Source: Marsupella aquatica (taxonomy: Eukaryota > Plantae > Marchantiophyta). Taken from it: a stretch of DNA of 64,000 nt. Below the pieces are notes generated by a model that was not told where the DNA came from, did not search any database, and was given only the letters and a program-made list of their open reading frames with translations. Where the stretch lies: NCBI GenBank assembly GCA_973895155.1, contig OZ316894.1, positions 20,218,451-20,282,450 of the forward strand, in the 5' to 3' direction. Each line of letters opens with the position of its first letter. The stretch's first letter is position 1. This document shows positions 61,480-64,000 of this stretch, piece after piece. A program made the position numbers and the translations under genes.

Positions 61480-64000
61480 TCAGATTGAAGCACCATTTAA
61501 TTCACAAATGATCCAATGAACTCCCTTGTACCTCCAAAGAGAACCCCCCAATAGCCTTTGTAAAGACCACATTTCTGGAGTGCCCCTTTACAATTCCTTT
61601 GGAATTTAATAGAATATATCCAAAATCCAAATATCGGCACAAACATGACATAGTTATATAGAAGGACATAGTCTTCCACTAGTATTGCACTATATACCTC
61701 TTGGAGAGACAAAAACAATTTTTGTATGCATGCCTTAGGATGGTATGCATGCATGGTGACACTTTTGGCAAATCACTCCAAAGTTGTATGACTTGGGAGT
61801 GATTTCCCCAAGGTTGCATCATCCCTTAAGTAATTGCAAAAACATGGCTCCAAAGTGCTCATGGTGCAACTAGTGGTTGGAGAATAGTGGGTATAGTACC
61901 CCGCACCTTGTGGAGAGGTTGCCACCTTCATGTAGAGCCCCATGGCACACTAGGGCCACCTTAAGCTCCTAGACCCAAAAGGGTCATTTCTGATGGTCCG
62001 TAATGACACCATGAGGGACCTCTATAATGACCCCATATGGAGTCATTTGGCACAAATGACTTCCAAAAGGACTGCCAAAATGACCCTTACTACAGTCTTT
62101 GGCATTAATGACACACTATTCCTCCAAAATGACCCAATGAAGATTACAACACCTACTCACAATGCCCCGACACTATTCATATGCAAAATGGAGTATTCCC
62201 CATCCAAACACCGGCACAAACATGACACAATTACATCACAAGATGACAACCTTCCATTGGTGTTGCGCTACTTCTTGGAGAGACAAAAAATGGCTCCATT
62301 TGCGCTTGGATACGGTGGTATGCATCCATGGTGACACTTTTGGCAAATCACTCCAAAGTTGTATGACTTGGGAGTGATTTCCCCAAGGTGCATCATGCCT
62401 TAAGTAAATGCAAAAACATGTGTCCAAAGTGTTCATGGCACAACTAGTGGTTGGACGATGATGAGTATAGTGTCCCGCACCTAGTGGAGGGGGTTCTCAC
62501 CTCTATGTGGGGCCCCATGGCACTCTAGGGCCCACCTCCAGCCCCCAGCCCCAAACTGGTCATTTGACTTATGTGACAGCCCATATGACAGATTTAATGA
62601 CCCTACTTGTAGTCATTGGTATTTATGACACCAATTTTTTCAGAAATGACTCAATGAAGATTACACTACCTTCTTGAGTGCCCCATCACTATTCATTTAA
62701 TAGAATATTCCCCATCCAAACACCGGCACAAACATGACACAATTACATGGAAGGACAACAGCCTTGCACTACTTCTTGCAGAGACAAACAAAATGGCTTC
62801 ATTTCCTTTAGATAGGATGGTATGCATCAATGGTGACACTTTTGGCAAATCACTCCAAAATCGTACGACTTGGGAGTGATTTCCCCAAGATTATATCATC
62901 CCTTAAGTAAACACAAAAACATGGCTCCAAACTGCTAATGGTGCAACTAGTGGTTGGAGAATAGTAATTATAGTATTTGACACCTAGTGAAGGGGTTGCG
63001 AGCTCTATGTGGTGCCACATGGCACTCTAGGGCCCACCTCCAGCCCTTAGCTCCAAATTGGTCATTCATGTTTGTCTTCAATGACTGCACTAGAGACCCC
63101 TCAAATGACAACAAGTCCAGTCATTTGAATTATATGACATCCCATATGACCAATTCAATGACCCTACTTGTGGTCATTGGCACTTATGACATGACTTTGT
63201 TAAAAAATGACCCAAAGAAGGTCCTAGTACCGCTAGAGAGAGCCCGCTCTACATTCCTTGCAAAAATGGAATAATCGTATACCTTTAAACACCAGACACA
63301 TCATAGAGGGAAGCACCACTGCCACACCCATTCCATTGGTGTTGCGCTACCTCTTGGAGAGACAAAAAAGGGCTTCATTTGCGTTTGGAACAGTGGTATG
63401 CATCCATGGTGACACTTTTGGCAAATCACTCCAAAGTCATACGACTTGGGAGTGATTTCCCCAAAGGTGCATCATGCCTTAAGTAAATGCAAAAACATGT
63501 GTCCAAGGTGTTTATGTCGCAACTAGTGGTTGGACAATGATGAGTATAGTGTCCCGCACGTAGTGGAGGGGTTCTCACCTCTATGTGGGGCCACATGGCA
63601 CTCTAGGGCCCACCTCCAGCCCCTAGCCCCAAACTGGTCATTTGTGCTTTTCCTTAATGACTGCATAAGGGACCCCTCAAATGACCACAAATCCAGTCAT
63701 TAGACTGATATGACTCTCCATATGACAGTTTTAATGACCTTGCTTTTAGTCATTGATATTTATGACGGTCCATTGCTCACATATGACCCAATAAAGGCCC
63801 TAGTACCTCCAAAGAGAGCCCGCTTTAGATTCCTTGCAAGGTTGGAATATTCCTCTTCCCTAAGCCCACACCCACACCATACAGGGAAGCACGACTCCCC
63901 TGCCCATTCCATTGGTGCAACACCACCTCTTGGAGAACCCAAAAACAACTTTTATTTGCCTTTGTATGTGATGGTGTGCATGCATGGCAACACTTTTGGC
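61480..64000. repeat. ~575-bp tandem repeat (at least 4.5 units) with alternating A/B subtypes
   Basis: Anchor TGGTGACACTTTTGGC at 61754, 62329, 62831, 63407 and (variant) 63985. Spacings are 575, 502, 576 and 578 bp. Confidence 0.9.

Larger units (their letters stand above)
47904..64000 (-). mobile_element. CACTA (En/Spm) transposon, >16 kb, other terminus beyond window
   Basis: Terminus CACTAGTAGAAAA at 47904 (expected TSD AGG). Dense ATGAC/GTCAT subterminal motifs at 47930-48640 and again at 62000-63800. Contains TnpD and TnpA-like genes. Extension to the window end is inferred from the shared motifs. Confidence 0.88.

Overview
Eukaryotic, transposon-rich land-plant genomic DNA; spliceosomal introns and the TE families suggest a bryophyte or other non-seed plant, but this is inference. 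There is one clear host gene, an 11-exon full-size ABCB/P-glycoprotein transporter of the ABCB1/19 type (19067-26902, +). Around it lie nested mobile elements. (i) The right part of a DNA transposon (1-4096) encodes a spliced DDE transposase with P-element-like motifs and is inserted into an L1 ORF1; a 296-bp MITE with the same termini and an 8-bp TSD sits at 31493-31788. (ii) A copia solo LTR, a G/C-skewed TIR element and a possible small Helitron. (iii) An Athila/Tat-like gag-only Ty3 element (LTR 36167-38719, minus strand) next to a decayed antisense gene with ParB-like and methyltransferase-like motifs. (iv) A decayed Ty1/copia element whose 3' LTR is interrupted by an unclassified element, which is itself interrupted by a CACTA transposon of more than 16 kb (47904 to window end). 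Besides TnpD and TnpA-like genes, the CACTA carries an intact EDM2-type composite PHD-finger ORF whose N-terminus (MARNKQKA) resembles the histone H3 tail. This is the best candidate for an undescribed TE-encoded chromatin or anti-silencing system. All family assignments come from motifs read by eye; no database searches were run.
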